A stretch of DNA of 64,000 nucleotides from Negaprion brevirostris (Eukaryota). The notes beneath the pieces were generated by a model. The model was given only the letters and a program-made list of their open reading frames with translations. It made no database searches and was not told the DNA's origin. Positions within the stretch are counted from its first letter, which is position 1; each line of letters starts with the position of its first letter. Shown piece after piece: positions 39,859 to 53,715 of the stretch. Both the position numbers and the translations under genes were made by a program. The stretch is taken from the NCBI GenBank assembly GCA_030324005.1, contig JARDVH010000106.1:42740599-42804598 (forward strand), written 5' to 3'.

Positions 39859-40299
39859 CTGCAGCTAGCTACCAAAAACAACAGGCTCTTCGATTTGAAA
39901 AATGCCTGTGTTTAGAATGCAATTTTCTGGCCAACAGCTGTCACAGTTGGGTCCTGTACAGAATGCATACTTGGAGGCAATAAACAGTGGATGGCAAGAA
40001 ATAATTCCAAATTAAAACTGTTCCCGACATATTGAATTACATACCATTTATATTCACACTAAGTATATAATGCAACTGTTATGACCTGCTGTAAAATAAA
40101 TGATTAACATCTTTTACCACTGTGGTTCCTATGAACTGTTTTCATTGCCAATACAAGTTCCTCAGGTCTACTCCACTAAAACTATAAAACATTAGATTTG
40201 ATAGTGAATAAAATAAAACATATTCATCTTTAAAGAAAAGATTAATGGTAGTTAACAGATGTGAAAATCAAATGTGTATTTTTGTCATCTGATAAAAGC

Positions 40300-41345
40300 A
40301 CCGTGTTAAGTGGGATAGATTTTGAGCACAGATTCTTACAAGGCATCCATGAGGCTCTTTGGGACATCAGCAGCAGCAAAATTGTACTCAACCACAATCT
40401 GTGATCTCATTGTCCGGCAAATCCCCCACTCCACCATTGCCAGCCCGGAGATCAACCCGTGTTCAAGGAGGAGTGCAGGAGGCATACCAAAATAATGAAA
40501 TGTTAACTTGATGAAGCTACAATGCAGAATACTTGCATGCCAAGCAGCATAAGCAGAATTCGTAGACAGAACTAAATGATTCCACAATTGATGGATCAGA
40601 TGTAAGTTCTGCAGTCCTGCCATTTCTCCTTGAGGGGAGCGAACAATTATACAACTCCCTGGAGGAAAAGGCTCCACAAATATCCCCATCCTCAATAATG
40701 GGTGAGCCCAGCACATCAGTACAAAAGATGAGGCTGAAGTATTTGCAAAACTTTTCAGCCAGAAGCACTTAGTGGATGATCCATCCCGGCCTCCTCTGGA
40801 AATCTCCAGCATCATAGATGTCAGCCTTCAGTCAATTTGGTTACTTCACATGAGAGCAAGAAACAGCTGAAGGCACTGAATATTGCAAAGACAATGTACT
40901 CTGATAATATTTTGGTAATTGTACTTGCGCTCTAGAACTTGCCATACACCTAGGCCAAGTATAGCTACAGCAGTCGTATGCATCTACGCCGCAAATGTGG
41001 AAAATTGCCCAGCTATGTCCTGTACACACCTAACCCGGCCAATTACCATTCCACCAGTCTATTCTCAACCATCAGCAAAATGATGGAAGGGGTCATCAAC
41101 AGCACTATCAAGTGGCAGCACTTAGCAATTACATGCTCACAGACACTCAGTTGGGGTCCTGCCACGTTCATTGAGCTTCTGACCTGATGACAACCTTGGT
41201 TCAAACATGGACAAAAGACCTGAATTGCAAAAGCAAGATGAGTTTGACTGCTCTTGACTTCAATGTTCAACAAAGTGTGGCATCAAGGAGCTCTAGCAAA
41301 ACTGGAGTCAATGGGAAACATGGGGAAAACTTTCTGCTGGTTGGA
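40300..41345 (+). mobile_element. CR1-group LINE ORF2 central fragment (RT domains)
   Basis: NPANYHSTSLFSTISKMMEGVIN (NYRPISLLS..SK..E) and FNKVWHQGALAKL (FDKVWH.GL..KL). Confidence 0.88.
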
Positions 41346-43539
41346 AGCATTGTTATATAAGTGTTGCATGATTGCCTTAACAGAGAGTCACATAATAGTG
41401 ATGTCATTGGGATGCTTCAAAAGATCTGGGTTAGCTTCATTTTATACTCAGTCCAGGCAACAGTTCCTACAATAAATCTATTGTTATTTTGAATCTACGT
41501 GCACAAATCACATCCTTTTCCTTTTTGCTTAAAATCCTCAACCCTTAACATAGTTAGGATATTACAGGAATGGAGGCCACCGGCAACACTGGAGCTCAGA
41601 ACACTGCCACAGTGGGTGGGAGAAGCAGCTACTATATGTGAATCTTCCAAATTCAGTGTCATCAGGAAGGTTCATCTTTCAGCCTCAAGAGTGTACCCAG
41701 AGATTCATTCTTTTTAGGAGTTCTGTCTTCTTTCTTCAATAGTGAGTCAGTGGTGTTAGATGCCCTTTATTATGTTACCCAGATATGATGGCAGGACTCA
41801 CAGCATCATCCACCCTGCCATGGAATGTGCAGCTAAACGCCCAGATGCTTAATTAATGAGCTCAGGGCCAGAAGATATAGAGTGGTTATCCCCTGGAATA
41901 ACAGCAGTTTCCTTTTCAATTTACCAAACANNNNNNNNNNNNNNNNNNNNNNNNNNNNNNNNNNNNNNNNNNNNNNNNNNNNNNNNNNNNNNNNNNNNNN
42001 NNNNNNNNNNNNNNNNNNNNNNNNNNNNNNACCAAACAGCAACTTCTACAGTTCAATCACGTCGAAGAGGATGCACTTTAGGGTACATCAAACCACTCTT
42101 CACACAGGTATTTTAAGAGCCAAGACAACCGTTGTCAGAGGACTTTTCATAGCAAACATAAGGAGGGAGTGTTAACAAAGTAATAACATATACCAAAACT
42201 ATATTTGTAACATGATCAACTTCTACAATGCTCATTTAAAATGTGCGGACATAGCTTTCCCAGAGAAATGAATTTTTAAAACAGAAATAAAATCTATCTT
42301 AAAGCTTAGAAGACAATATTTAGTCAGAAGGATGTGGAACTTTTGAATTAATAGAAGTCAAATTTGACCATTAATTACTTTTGTACTTAGATACTACAGA
42401 TCTTACTTTCCTTACTGATCCTACCCTCAGACAATGTTATGATTACAGAAGTTATTTTTCTATTTTTTTTTCTCAAGAGTTTTACTGGCCAGAGTGAAGG
42501 ATTATTTGAGTTGGTAATGAATTACTTACTCCTCTCCTCTCCCCCACCCAATTTTCTCACCGAGCATCATGATCACATATTCCCAGGTTGAGGACAGCAT
42601 AGTTTCCTGCAGAGTAAAGTTATCTCTGATTTATCCCAACACCATGTCTTAACACAAGCTCAAAAGAACACCAGCTGCAATGATATGGCATTCCTTCATT
42701 TCTAACATTTGGCGTTTTTATCTGTCAGTGCGAGACTGTCAGTTTGTTGTGCCAAATTAGGATACATTTTGTACAACTTAACTCCTACTTATAAATCAGG
42801 TTAAGTTTGTCCAACTCATTTCACAAGAAGCTTTATTGTCAATCAAGGGAAGGAAATATTAACGTATATGAACCTCTTTTCCTATCTGACATTTGGACTA
42901 TGGTGCCTTCAGGTATGAATTACTAGGATTATCCATCATCGACAATAACTAAATTACATTTTTTCACTTGGAAACATTTCATACACTTACTTAGAAAATA
43001 TATTGAGAGGCTATCAGGTGCAGAAAAAGAATACTAGTGAGTATAACTTGCTTAACCACTATATTGCTATACTGAACAACACTTTAGTTTATACATTTGC
43101 TATCTTTTATACATGAAAATTTTAAGAACCACGAAAAGAGACAGTACTCTTGTCCAGAACTACTAGGGAAATAATAAAACCTCATCCATTCCAGCAGGCT
43201 GAGATCATGAAGTGTCAGAAATCATTTTGTGAGACTCCAATCATGATGTGGAGCATGCTTAATGGGAGTATTAAAACAGCCCTGACTGTAATAGCACTAT
43301 CTCCAACCTGTAATTTCATAGACTGCATCCATATAGTTAACATTTTTTCTCATGATAAATTGTTGTGGGAGCTATTCTCAACGGACAAATAATTAAAGTT
43401 AATTATCGATATATTTCCTTGAATGAAAACAATATTACTCCTGCTCAAGTGTTACTAATGATTTCTGTCATAAAACCTTCTTTACCTAGGAATAAGTAGT
43501 AACCACAGGCAGGAATTTGTTTTATAAGTTGTGGGAGAA

Positions 43540-44050
43540 CTTGAACCATCTCCAAAGCCTTCACATCCTGACTGGATTCTCTCTTGTTGGGGAAGATGAT
43601 TGCCTAACAATGATGTTACTTGCCATTTAGCAGCCAAACCTGAATGTTGTCTAGTTCTTGTTGCATTTGGGTGTGGACTGCTTCACTATCTGAGAGGTTG
43701 CGTATGATACTGAACTGATCATTGTATAATGAGGAATATCCCCACTTTAGAATTCATCATGGAGGAAAGGTCATCGACGAAGCAGCGAAGATGGTATGGC
43801 CTAGGATGCTAACCTGAGGAACTATTGCACTGATGTCTTGCGACTAAGGTGAGTCACCTCTAACAAACATAACCATCTTACTTTGTGCCAGGTATGAGTC
43901 TCTCCCCTGAATCTCATTGACTTTAATATTGGTCGGGCTCCTTGATGCTGCTTGGTCAGATGGTGTCAAGCTCATTCATCCTCACCTCTTAAATTCAGCT
44001 GTTTCATCTATGTTTGGACCAAGGCTGTGGGTTGAGGTCTAGAGCCAAAG
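43540..44050 (-). mobile_element. CR1-group LINE RT fragment
   Basis: Reverse-complement homology to 19700-20100 (cctgaatgttgtctagttcttgttgcatttggg vs atgcagcaagacctgaacaatatccagg). Confidence 0.7.
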
Positions 44051-44714
44051 ATTGTGGCCAGCACTTTTGCAATTTCAAGCTTATTTCCCTCATTAACCAA
44101 GGATACATACGCGGTGGAGTATATACTTCACAGCACTTACCAGGATTGTACGTTTGAGTGAACAAAGAAAACATTCCCCTTTATGCCTGCACTGCAGCTA
44201 ATGTTGTAACATTTTGTTTCGCTGGCCAGAAGTGAAAAATCTGAATAATTATGCATTTTTGGAATCTATTCAAAAACTGATTTGATTAACAAGTTTATTG
44301 TAGTATAAATTGGATTATAGAGTCTTAAAATCTTAAAAAGAAACTATGAACTGTGCAATCTTTGTGTGTAAAAATTTGCATGTTCATTCAAAATTACTGT
44401 GCTATTTTAGTTAGATGATTGCTGCCTCCTCTGAAAAAAGCATACATATGTACATGTAATATTGCAATGATTTTTGTGCTTAAATTTCTCAGCTTTGTTG
44501 AATTGGTAATATCAGTCTATTCATGCCTAATTTATACCCTCTTCTATGTGATCACTAGACTGACAGGTTTTCAACTGCATTGTATGAGTCACTCGGCCTC
44601 ATCCAGAGAAGAAGTGAAAAGAGTGAGGTCAGTTAGATTAACTCCAGAATCCGCCAAAGAGATTGACTACTGGTATTATGTAAGAAAACAAGTACAATAC
44701 TGCTTATATATTCC

Positions 44715-45060
44715 CGTCACTGTCTGTGCATTCTCCGTGTCTGCGTGGGTTTCCTCTGGGCATTCCAGTTTCCTCCCACAATTCAAAGACATNNNNNNNN
44801 NNNNNNNNNNNNNNNNNNNNNNNNNNNNNNNNNNNNNNNNNNNNNNNNNNNNNNNNNNNNNNNNNNNNNNNNNNNNNNNNNNNNNNNNNNNNGTTTCCTC
44901 TGGGCATTCCAGTTTCCTCCCACAATTCAAAGACATGTTGGTAAATGCATTGGCTATGCTAAATTCTCCCTCAGGTGCCAGAGTGTGGTGATTGGGGGAT
45001 TTTCACAGTAAATTCATTGCCGTATGAATGTAAGCCTACTTGTGACTAATGAATAAACTT
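44715..45060 (+). mobile_element. V-SINE (head-truncated, spans an N gap)
   Basis: V-domain tctgcgtgggtttcctctgggcattccagtttcctcccacaattcaaagac and tail gtaagcctacttgtgactaatgaataaacttt. Confidence 0.8.
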
Positions 45061-45081
45061 TACGTTAATAAATAATAGACA

Positions 45082-45200
45082 CTACTGGAAATACTCAGCA
45101 GGTCTGGTCGTAACTGTGGAGCGAGAAACAGAGTTATGTTTCAGGTCTCTAACCATTCTGAATGTGACCAGTCACATTTGAAACGTTAACTCCATTTCTA
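45082..45200. mobile_element. Penelope-like pLTR remnants in inverted arrangement
   Basis: A minus copy (ctggaaatactcagcaggtctgg...gagaaacagagttatgtttcaggtc) is followed by a plus copy (ttctga...gaaacgttaactccatttct). Same family as 27925-28008. Confidence 0.55.
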
Positions 45201-45550
45201 AGAATGCAAGAAATAAAAGCAGGGATAGACAATTCAGCCCTATTCCTACTCTGCCATTCAATACGATTATGGCTGATGTTCTGCCTCAACTGCATCTTCC
45301 TGCATGCTCTCCATATCCGAGACACCATAAATCCATGTCAACCTCGGCACTTCAAAAATATCCACTGTCCCTGCAGTTAATTCGTTTGGAGCTCAAGCAT
45401 ATCAGGTGCCCTGGATATATTGGTTTGTAGCCCTTTAAACTTCAATGCAAGTTCCCTGCTGATATTGCGTAAGTTCCTCACTCTTTTCAACTCCTTGTTT
45501 ATCCTCTTCTGGCACGTAATCATGTTTTCTTTTGTGAAGACACTCACAAA

Positions 45551-45680
45551 TGGGTGGGATTTTCCAGTCCTGCCTGCTGCTGAGATCATCCAGTGCCACC
45601 AAAAGTCAATGGATTTTTGGCTGGCCACCAAGTCTCCCATGGCAGTTGCCCTCAACAACAGAGCTGGAAAATCCCAGCCA
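45551..45680. mobile_element. 130-bp MITE (Harbinger/Tourist-like) inserted in a CR1 fragment
   Basis: TIRs gggtgggattttccag (45552-45567) and ctggaaaatcccagcc (45664-45679) match 15/16, with 3-bp aaa on both flanks. Related degenerate copies are at ~3480-3600, ~4492-4598 and ~20980-21095. Confidence 0.7.
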
Positions 45681-46039
45681 AAATATTTGTTCAATGTCTC
45701 TGCTATTTCATCATTCCACTGATTAATTTCTCCTGTTACTGCCTATAAGTGACTGAAGTTTACTTTAGCTACTCTCCTTTTGATATACTTGTGAAAGCTC
45801 TTACAATCCTTTTTTAAATTCTTGACTCATTTCTGTTCATATGCTTTTCATCAACTTTTCAGCCACCTTTTCAAGATTTCAAAAATACTCCCAATCTTTA
45901 ACAACATTAAAATCCTCTTCTTTTAACCCAACAACATCCTTAAATTCCTTGACAAGCCATGGGTAGATCTTTCTCGCTGTGTTTTAAGTTTTAACACATT
46001 TTTGTTGAACATTATGAAAATTCAGGCTGATCCAACAAT

Positions 46040-46620
46040 ATTAGCCACTGCATTCAATTCATGTAACATCTTTAATGTGCAAAAACAACCCCAAGAACTT
46101 CACAGATGCATCAAACAAAATCTGACAACCAGCCATGTAAGAACATTACAGCATATGATCAAAAGCTTGGTCAAAGAAATATGTTTTAAGATACATCTTA
46201 AGAGAAAAAAAGAGAGATGGAGAGCATAGGGAGGGATTTCCAGAGTTTAAAGCCTTGGCAGCTGAAGGCATGGTCACTATTGATAATGTGAATAAAATCA
46301 GGGAGGCCCAAGAGGACTGAATTGGAGGAGCGCAGATATCTGAAGGAGGAAGGTAGAGATAGGGAGAGGCAAGGCCATGGAGAATATTTGAAAACAAGGA
46401 TAAGAGCCTTAAAATTGAAAAACTGCTGATCAGGAAGCCACATAGGTTAGTGAATACAGGGGTGATGGGTAAATGGGATTTGCTGAGAGTTAGGAAACAA
46501 GCAAACTTTTGACTGACTTCAAATTTATGTCCACATCATGACTTCAAATTTATGGACAGTGGAAATGATAAGCCCACGAATAGTCAAATTGAGAAGTAAC
46601 AAAGACATATGCAAATGAGT
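46040..46620 (-). mobile_element. L2-like LINE 3' fragment
   Basis: Reverse complement of the 18400-18785 type sequence (LRSSNSVLL; FKALIL). Confidence 0.7.
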
Positions 46621-49600
46621 TGGGGATTGGGTGGAGGCGGAAAGAGAGGGGGAGGGCCTCTTAAATCGCGCTCTCTCCTGCCATTTCCACCCTCACATCC
46701 AATAACAAGTACACAAGACTTATTAGTTTTTTCATCATCAAGGTGAAAGCTGTTGGATTAGCTGCTTCAGCTGCATCTCATTTTCTCTTATAATAAAATA
46801 TGCCCAATCCACTGCTGCTCTAGTCCTGAATACAGTCCTTGTTCCTTCCCTCATCTACATTACACTCACCTTCTTTCCTTTATTCTATTCCTACTAAATT
46901 TCTGACCAACTCCTGACACCAATTAGCCTGAAGTGTGAAAAATTCCTCTTCCTCAGCACTATCTCTACCTTCCCATCCTCATTCCGTCAAAACAGACATC
47001 ATCACTCTTTCCTTAAAACACCACTTTCAATCCTTCTGTGTTCCCTGACAATGCTATATCAGCAACTTCCTTTCACTTTTTATGTTCCTTTAACATGTTG
47101 CTTTCCAAATCTGCGCTTGTATCTCTCACAGCTTCCAGTTTAAAACCCTTCAGTCTGGCTTGCATCCTTTCCATGGCTGCAAAACTACCCTGACTACAGA
47201 TTCTGTTAAGCTTGTTGATTGCACCACCTTCCTTCACCCATTATCCCACTCACTGGGAACGCCTTCACTTTCAATTTCGCCTATTTAATCACAACCGGAA
47301 CATACCNNNNNNNNNNNNTGCTTCCCACTGATGCAACATAATCTCCTCAATTATCCTTTGCTCCTCTCACCTTTTCCTTATTTGTATGCTCCCTTTCGGC
47401 AATGCCCATCATGAGATAAGGTTCACTAATTATTCTCCATCAGCTTTCTCAACTCTGCATCAGTGCTGTCAGATTGCCCATCTTCAAATATGGAATCTAC
47501 ACTGCACCATGAACTTCTGATTTCCGCTCCCCACTGCCCCCACCTCCCAAAAACCACCCAACCAACCCCTGCTCCTATTTCTCATCCACATACTGTCCCT
47601 TGGTAATATCATTGGAAAGCACAATGTGTGCTTGCTTCCACATGTATGCTGACTACATACCTCACCACTATCATTCTTCTACTGTCCCCAAATTGCCATA
47701 CCGCTTGTCTGATATCCAGCACTGGATAAGCAGCAAGTTCCTCCCTCATTGGGAAGATTGGAACCCCATTGCCTTCAATCTGGCCCGAGAGCTATTCAAG
47801 AGCTTCCTGACTTGAGGGAAAGTGAAGTTTGATTTCTATTTCTTGGCCTCTGAAAAGCCAGTGTTGACCATTTCTTCAGTTTCCCTGAAGATATTCCATT
47901 TCCACTTGTTCCCATTCTGCTGATTCTGCTATCAAATGACAGTGGGCTGCCCCTTTCCACATTGTTGCTGATGATCTGCCTTTACTGATATACTAGATCC
48001 AGTATAGTCGCTACTTATCTTCACTGGACTCCTGGACTGATCTATTGCTAGCTCAAGGTTGATTCTCTATGCCTACCCCATTCTCCATTTTGTACACCTT
48101 AGACTGTGTGACACCTAGCAACTTGCTGCTCCAACAGCGCTTGGACAATAATTCATCATTCTCCAAGTTGGACTCAGCCCATTTACAGATTAATTTCATC
48201 TCACCATGACTAAGTTTTGACTCTTTATTATTAATTTCTCTGTTTACAACCAGGACATATCTATCCTAACCTTTACAATGTCCATATAACCTGAATATTC
48301 TCCAGGTTCACTCACTTAAGCATTTTTGGTTATCTCTCTGGACCAGAGCTAATTCTTCAGCCTCTTTTTAAAATTTCTCTTCTCATTTTTTCTTATGGAT
48401 CATTTTCTCTCCTTCTATGTCTGTTACCCACTTGTGCTTCCTTCTGTTCCTTCTCCTTCCCCGCGCTACCAAATCTCTTCCACTACCCTACTCTATTCTT
48501 CTCCTACCACCTTCTGGGGCTCAAAATTTTCTTTGATATACCCATATAGTCTTTGCCTCTCTCAAGGTTCTCCAACTGTTCCATCAGGCATTTACTGTTG
48601 CTTCCTTACAACAACTGCCCTATCTTATCCTTTGGCTGACTTCCCTATCCAGAAAACCCACTGGACATTATTCATGCCAATTTTCTTTCCATCTCCTCAC
48701 CCCTCTGCCAGTGGCTCAAGGATCACTACCCCTCTTTGTATGTCTATTGTGATTTAACCCTTTTTCCTTTCATATGTTTTTTTAAAATAAAATCAATGAC
48801 GGTGTTCACATCATAGTTTTAATATATGTTTGATAACATTTTTCCATTATTGAAGACTACCTACTTGGCTATTTGTTTTGCCGCCTACTTTGCTCAAACT
48901 GCAGTGGCCTCATCACAAATTCTCACCTGGATCTGTCCCAACACTCCTTTTACACTTTCTCCTCCTTTGAGCACCTCCCCAACCTTCCGATATTTCCTTA
49001 ATGCGCTGTCTACCGCACATTAAGTTCCATGTTGCATTGTTCACTAAGATATACTCACTTCTTTCCTCTGCACTCATCAGTATCAACCTTCTCAACTTAT
49101 CTTGCCTTCTATCTGCTGAGTTTACTTGCCACCTTTGTGATCTCAGTTTTGGGATAGGCTCAAATTTGGTGGAATATGGGACTTAGCCAGAACGGAGTTG
49201 GGTCTGGAGGTAACTAAAGCATGGCTGAGGGTTTAGCAGAAGACTAAGCTGAGGCTAGGGCAAGAGATGGGCAATTTACAATAATGGAAGTAGTTGGTCT
49301 TAGTGATGGTGAGGAATGAGGTCAGTAGCTCAGTTCAGGATCAAATCGAATGCCAAGATAATAAATGTTCTGGCTCAACTTGAGATTGTGGTATAGGGAA
49401 GGGGATGGAATTAATGTAGAGGGGATAATGTCTTTTAAAGGTAAAATACGGTAAATAAGCCACACAAATTTCTCAAGATTTCACAGTGCTTTATGTAACC
49501 TATTAAATTTGGCTTTGCACCTTCCATTTATTTAACAAAATTGAAATGTATTTCAACTGATCCAAGTATGAAGATGAAACACGGGCCTAGACTTCTTCAG

Positions 49601-52035
49601 AGTGGTAATTAGCAATGGATTGCCACTCTATGCCCAATTACTTCTGTACATTTCTAAACCCATCCAGTTTAGCCAGACGGTGCAGTGCATCCCCAGGACC
49701 CAGCATGAATGTGGCCACACTCCCTTTTCAACATTACTGGCTGCTGTAAACCAGATGTTTAAAAGGATTTGGGGAATGGGAGGGATAGGAGTTTGCCAGC
49801 AGGGGTGGGGGCAGGGGGTTGATCAGAGGCTGGGGTAGGAGGAATCAGTGATTGGGGAAAATCATGAGGNNNNNNNNNNNNNNNNNNNNNNNNNNNNNNN
49901 NNNNNNNNNNNNNNNNNNNNNNNNNNNNNNNNNNNNNNNNNNNNNNNNNNNNNNNNNNNNNNNNNNNNNNNNNNNNNNNNNNNNNNNNNNNNNNNNNNNN
50001 NNNNNNNNNNNNNNNNNNNNNNNNNNGAGGGAGGGGGTAGTGAGAGGCACCTGGGGTTGAGGGGTGGGAGACCCATTGGTGGGGTGGGAGGAGATACTTT
50101 TCAGGAAACTGGGGATAATTCTGCGATTGGGGTAGGCAAGGTGTAGAGGCAGAGATCCCTGAAGCACTGGCAGGTTGGAAAATCTTGTAGATGAGATGGG
50201 AGGGGGAGTCAGTCAGGGTCTATACAATTATTTACCCAGAACTTAGAAGGGGTTTAACTTACTTTAGCTTTTTCTGGGTAACAGTTAACATAACCCAGTT
50301 GCAACCAACCAAAGTTTGTGATTCTAACTCACATTTTTGGATGGTTACCAGCGCAGTGCAATTTCCCAGGAGATGGTTGCATTTCTGGACAATTGCTGTG
50401 CAAACCCTTAACTGTGAATGTTCGAAGGGGATCTCCCTGGTCCTCCACCTGCAGCCCAGTGCTGGGGAGCCTGGAAGCTCCATTAAGGCCCATTAATTTG
50501 GGTATAGTCCAACGAGAGAAATACTGGAAAATGCCTGACAGAACTCAGTATTGACATTTTAGATAATGAATTACCAAATAAGTTCTGAAAAGAAAAGTCA
50601 TTTATGTTAGTTCAGCATATGGTTATTTAAAATTTGATTAGCATGCAACATTACAGTGGAAATATTCCAGAAAGCTTTTCTGCATATTCCAGGGAATGAA
50701 TAAATGTATTCATTTTTGTTGACGTAACTCCTGTACTTTTATCACTTAGAAGCTTGCGGGTTAAAAATCATCACATCGTTCAGCCTTGGTGTCTGAACTG
50801 AAATACTGTTCTCAGATTATAATATATCGCAAATACAATTGCAGTACCGCACATAGTGTTGGCTGCTTAAAAACTGCAAAATTTAACTTTTTAGTGCTTC
50901 AGATTTATGCCACAATAATGCTAGATAATATCAACATTTAAAGCTTGAAGCATGCTAGAACATTAGATTTCAGAGCAGGTTATCATTCAAAAGAGGAACA
51001 TGTAACTGTTTCAATAATGCAGGATTCCACTTTTAAAATGTTTCAGTTTTCGTTAAGCAATCAACATTTTCTTTGTGCTGCCCCCCCCTCCCCCATTCCA
51101 CTGCAGTTTGTTCCATTGCATTTTACATTTAATTTTATGCTATCGATGTCTGCTGCCCTTTTATTAACATATTGATATAGTAATTTAGCTATGAAGCTCA
51201 AGCTATTATAGGACAGGGTTACACTCTTTGGGTAATGATCCCCAAGTCAGGCTCAAATGGGATTCTGACCCCGCATGATCTCGGAGCAATCATCCAGCAG
51301 TCATGCTCATTTGACCAGCCTACTAATGGCCAGAGGGCGTGCTTGTTGTCAATAAAGGGTGATGGGTGGGCTCTTGAAGCTCGAGGGCCAACAAGAGGTC
51401 CCCCAGCACAAAAGGAACTGCAGCTTGTCGTTGCAAGTAAGGAAGAGAGAGAGGTCCTCCTGATGTGCGTGCTCAGCAACTTCCACAGCTTCAAATTACA
51501 ACATTGTCAAAGGTACTGGGTCACCATTGTGGAGGATAAACCCCCAAAGATGGTGACTTGTGTGTGCAACTGTGGCCAGCTGGGTGAGGAGGATGTCAAA
51601 GGTATTTTGAATCACTGGTGTCCTAGGTCTGCCACCAAGAGATTGCCTCCGGGCAGCTGGCTCGTTTCCAATGCTGCAGAGGGCCTCATAGGCTGACTGC
51701 AAAATTCCAGTTGGTCTCTAATATTTGGTCTTTAATGGACTTCAATTTGTTATCCACTGCTTAGAGGCAGGTAGTCCTTCTGAACCTGATGCCACCTCAA
51801 GGAAAATGTCTCAGGGGCAGCATGGTGCCAACAAATTTCAGACAAACTACCTACTCGCCCACCTCTACTCTTGTCCCCATAACTAGGCAAAGATTTCACC
51901 CCAACCCTAAGTTAATGTAAATATAATGAATAAAAACATGTTAAATGATCTTTAACAGGGATCTTTAATAATCTAATTTGCAAAACAGACTACTTAAAGC
52001 AGTAACACAGGCAAATAAAACTATACAACTATACT

Positions 52036-52347
52036 GGTGGCACAGTGGTTAGCACTGCTGCCTCACAGAACCAGGGACCCAGGTTCAATTCTGGCCTTGG
52101 ATGACTGTCGGTGTGAAGTCTGCACATTCTTCCTGTGAGTCTATGTGGGTTTCCTCTAGATGCTCCGGTTTCCTCTCACAGTCCAAAGATGTGCAGGTTA
52201 GGTTGATTGGCCATGCTAAATTGACCCTAGTGTCAGGGGGATAAGCAGGGTAAATGTGTGGGGTTACGGGAATTGGGCCTGGGTAGAATCCTGGTCGCTG
52301 CAGACTCGATGGGCTGAATGACCTTCTTCTGCACTGTAGGGATTCTA
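52036..52347 (+). mobile_element. Full-length HE1-type V-SINE
   Basis: A-box tggcacagtgg, B-box ggttcaattc (52082-52091), V-domain gtgggtttcctctagatgctccggtttcctctcacagtccaaagatgtgcaggttagg, and CR1-derived tail gggctgaatgaccttcttctgcactgtagggattcta. Confidence 0.9.
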
Positions 52348-53399
52348 AGATACCGGTGATTGGNNNNAGGTGTTACAATTTTTAAAAAGTTAAAATCTTT
52401 GTAGATTGAGGATGATATTTACAAAGGGAAAGTGATGTATTTGTTTCCACGCTGTGATATGGTAGTGGCAAATATTCTCAACACAGCATTTACCAGGTGG
52501 GCACATTAAAAATGTTGATGAGTTGTGCCACTTTATAGGTCACTTTAGCATTACCACAAAATGGCTATCTTCTAAATCTATTTGATTGTACAATTTAATT
52601 AATTCTCTTTGTATTTATGATCAACTGTAATTGTATTTGCTGTACAGTTTAACACAAGCATTTTTACTGAAAATAGTACAGGATATTTCAATTCATATCA
52701 TGACTGAATGATAAAAGTAAAGGTGTTTGCAATTAAGGCCTATGTAAATAATAAAGATACACAAGTAATGTGGCCAGGATTTAATAGATTTTAAAAATTT
52801 AGAGACATTTCTTGGGTCATAAAAGGCACAAAGTGCAATTTTTTCTTTATTTTAATTTTTGTGTGTAGAGTTTTCTTTAAACTAGACTCCATTACTCACT
52901 TTGCAAGCTCTGTATCCTGTAAGCTTTTTGGTCTTTGACTCTTACAAGTTTGGGTTGAAGTCTCCATTTGTTGATTACGTTTGTGTACAAGTTTTCCAAA
53001 ACTAAATACAGCTGTGGAAATTGCTCTATTCAAAAAAGTTTAGTCTCTTATTTGGTCATTTTATTTTCAAAGTGTGATTATTTATTTAGAAAAGTTGCAG
53101 TTATTGATGGAGAAATAAAAGAAAGATAAGGGAAATGAAGAAGAAACTAAATACTATTGTCTGTATTTTCTGAACTAAATGTTCTTAAAGCTTGGAAAGA
53201 CTCAGAGTCAATAAACAATCAAGCCAACTGACTGTGTACAGTTTATGCTGTGCTGGGCCCAGAGGAAGAGAAGTCACCACCAAACAAAAAGAAATCCCTG
53301 AAATAATTCCCAAAAATAAATTCAAGGAAAATCATGAATATCAATTTAATAATGTTCAATCTCAACTTTGTGTGTTCCACAAGACCAGTCCAGATATTT

Positions 53400-53715
53400 G
53401 AATGTATAATCTAGACTGAGGTTTCAAAGCAGTATTGGGAAGTGCTGCATTTTCAGGAGTACTAATCTTTTGATTTGTGACTTTAAACTGTAGCCTATCT
53501 GCCTGTTTAGGTGGACATAAAATATCCCATGGCACTATTCAAAAGAACAGCACCAAGTTCTCCCAGCGTCCCGACCAACAATCAAAATCAATCAATGTGT
53601 CCAAAAACCAGATTCATTCATTAACATTCATTCATCATATTTTGTTTTTGAATTTGCAGCATCGAACAACATGAAAATGAATACTTTTCAAAAGTAATTT
53701 GTTGACTGCTGAATC
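53400..53715 (+). mobile_element. DeuSINE-like element (SacSINE1/AmnSINE1-related Deu domain)
   Basis: gtgctgcatt...ttaaactgtagcctatctgcctgtttaggtggacataaaatatcccatggcactattcaaaagaacagc...gttctcccagcgtcccgaccaac resembles the recalled Deu-domain consensus. Confidence 0.6.

Noticed and set aside
44749-44936. 44-bp direct repeat on both sides of a 100-N gap (similarly accaaaca around 41922-42038)
   Set aside because: Identical sequence flanking a fixed-length gap indicates an unmerged contig overlap, i.e. an assembly artefact.
44419-44991. 190-aa ORF and other ORFs crossing N runs
   Set aside because: Their length is inflated by X residues and SINE sequence, and they show no protein homology.
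49770-50100. G-rich tracts (also 36670-36720 on the minus strand and 57855-57871) with G-quadruplex potential
   Set aside because: These are low-complexity tracts inside repeats or beside gaps, with no evidence of function.
51235-51696. 153-aa ORF in a GC-richer island, faintly like a Harbinger Myb/SANT partner protein (ELQLVVASKEEREVLL)
   Set aside because: The similarity is too weak to call by eye. It is most likely a decayed transposon fragment and needs an HMM search.
52036-52110. tRNA-like sequences with A and B boxes (also ~220-290 and ~25865-25938)
   Set aside because: These are SINE heads continuing into V-domain and LINE-derived tails, not tRNA genes.
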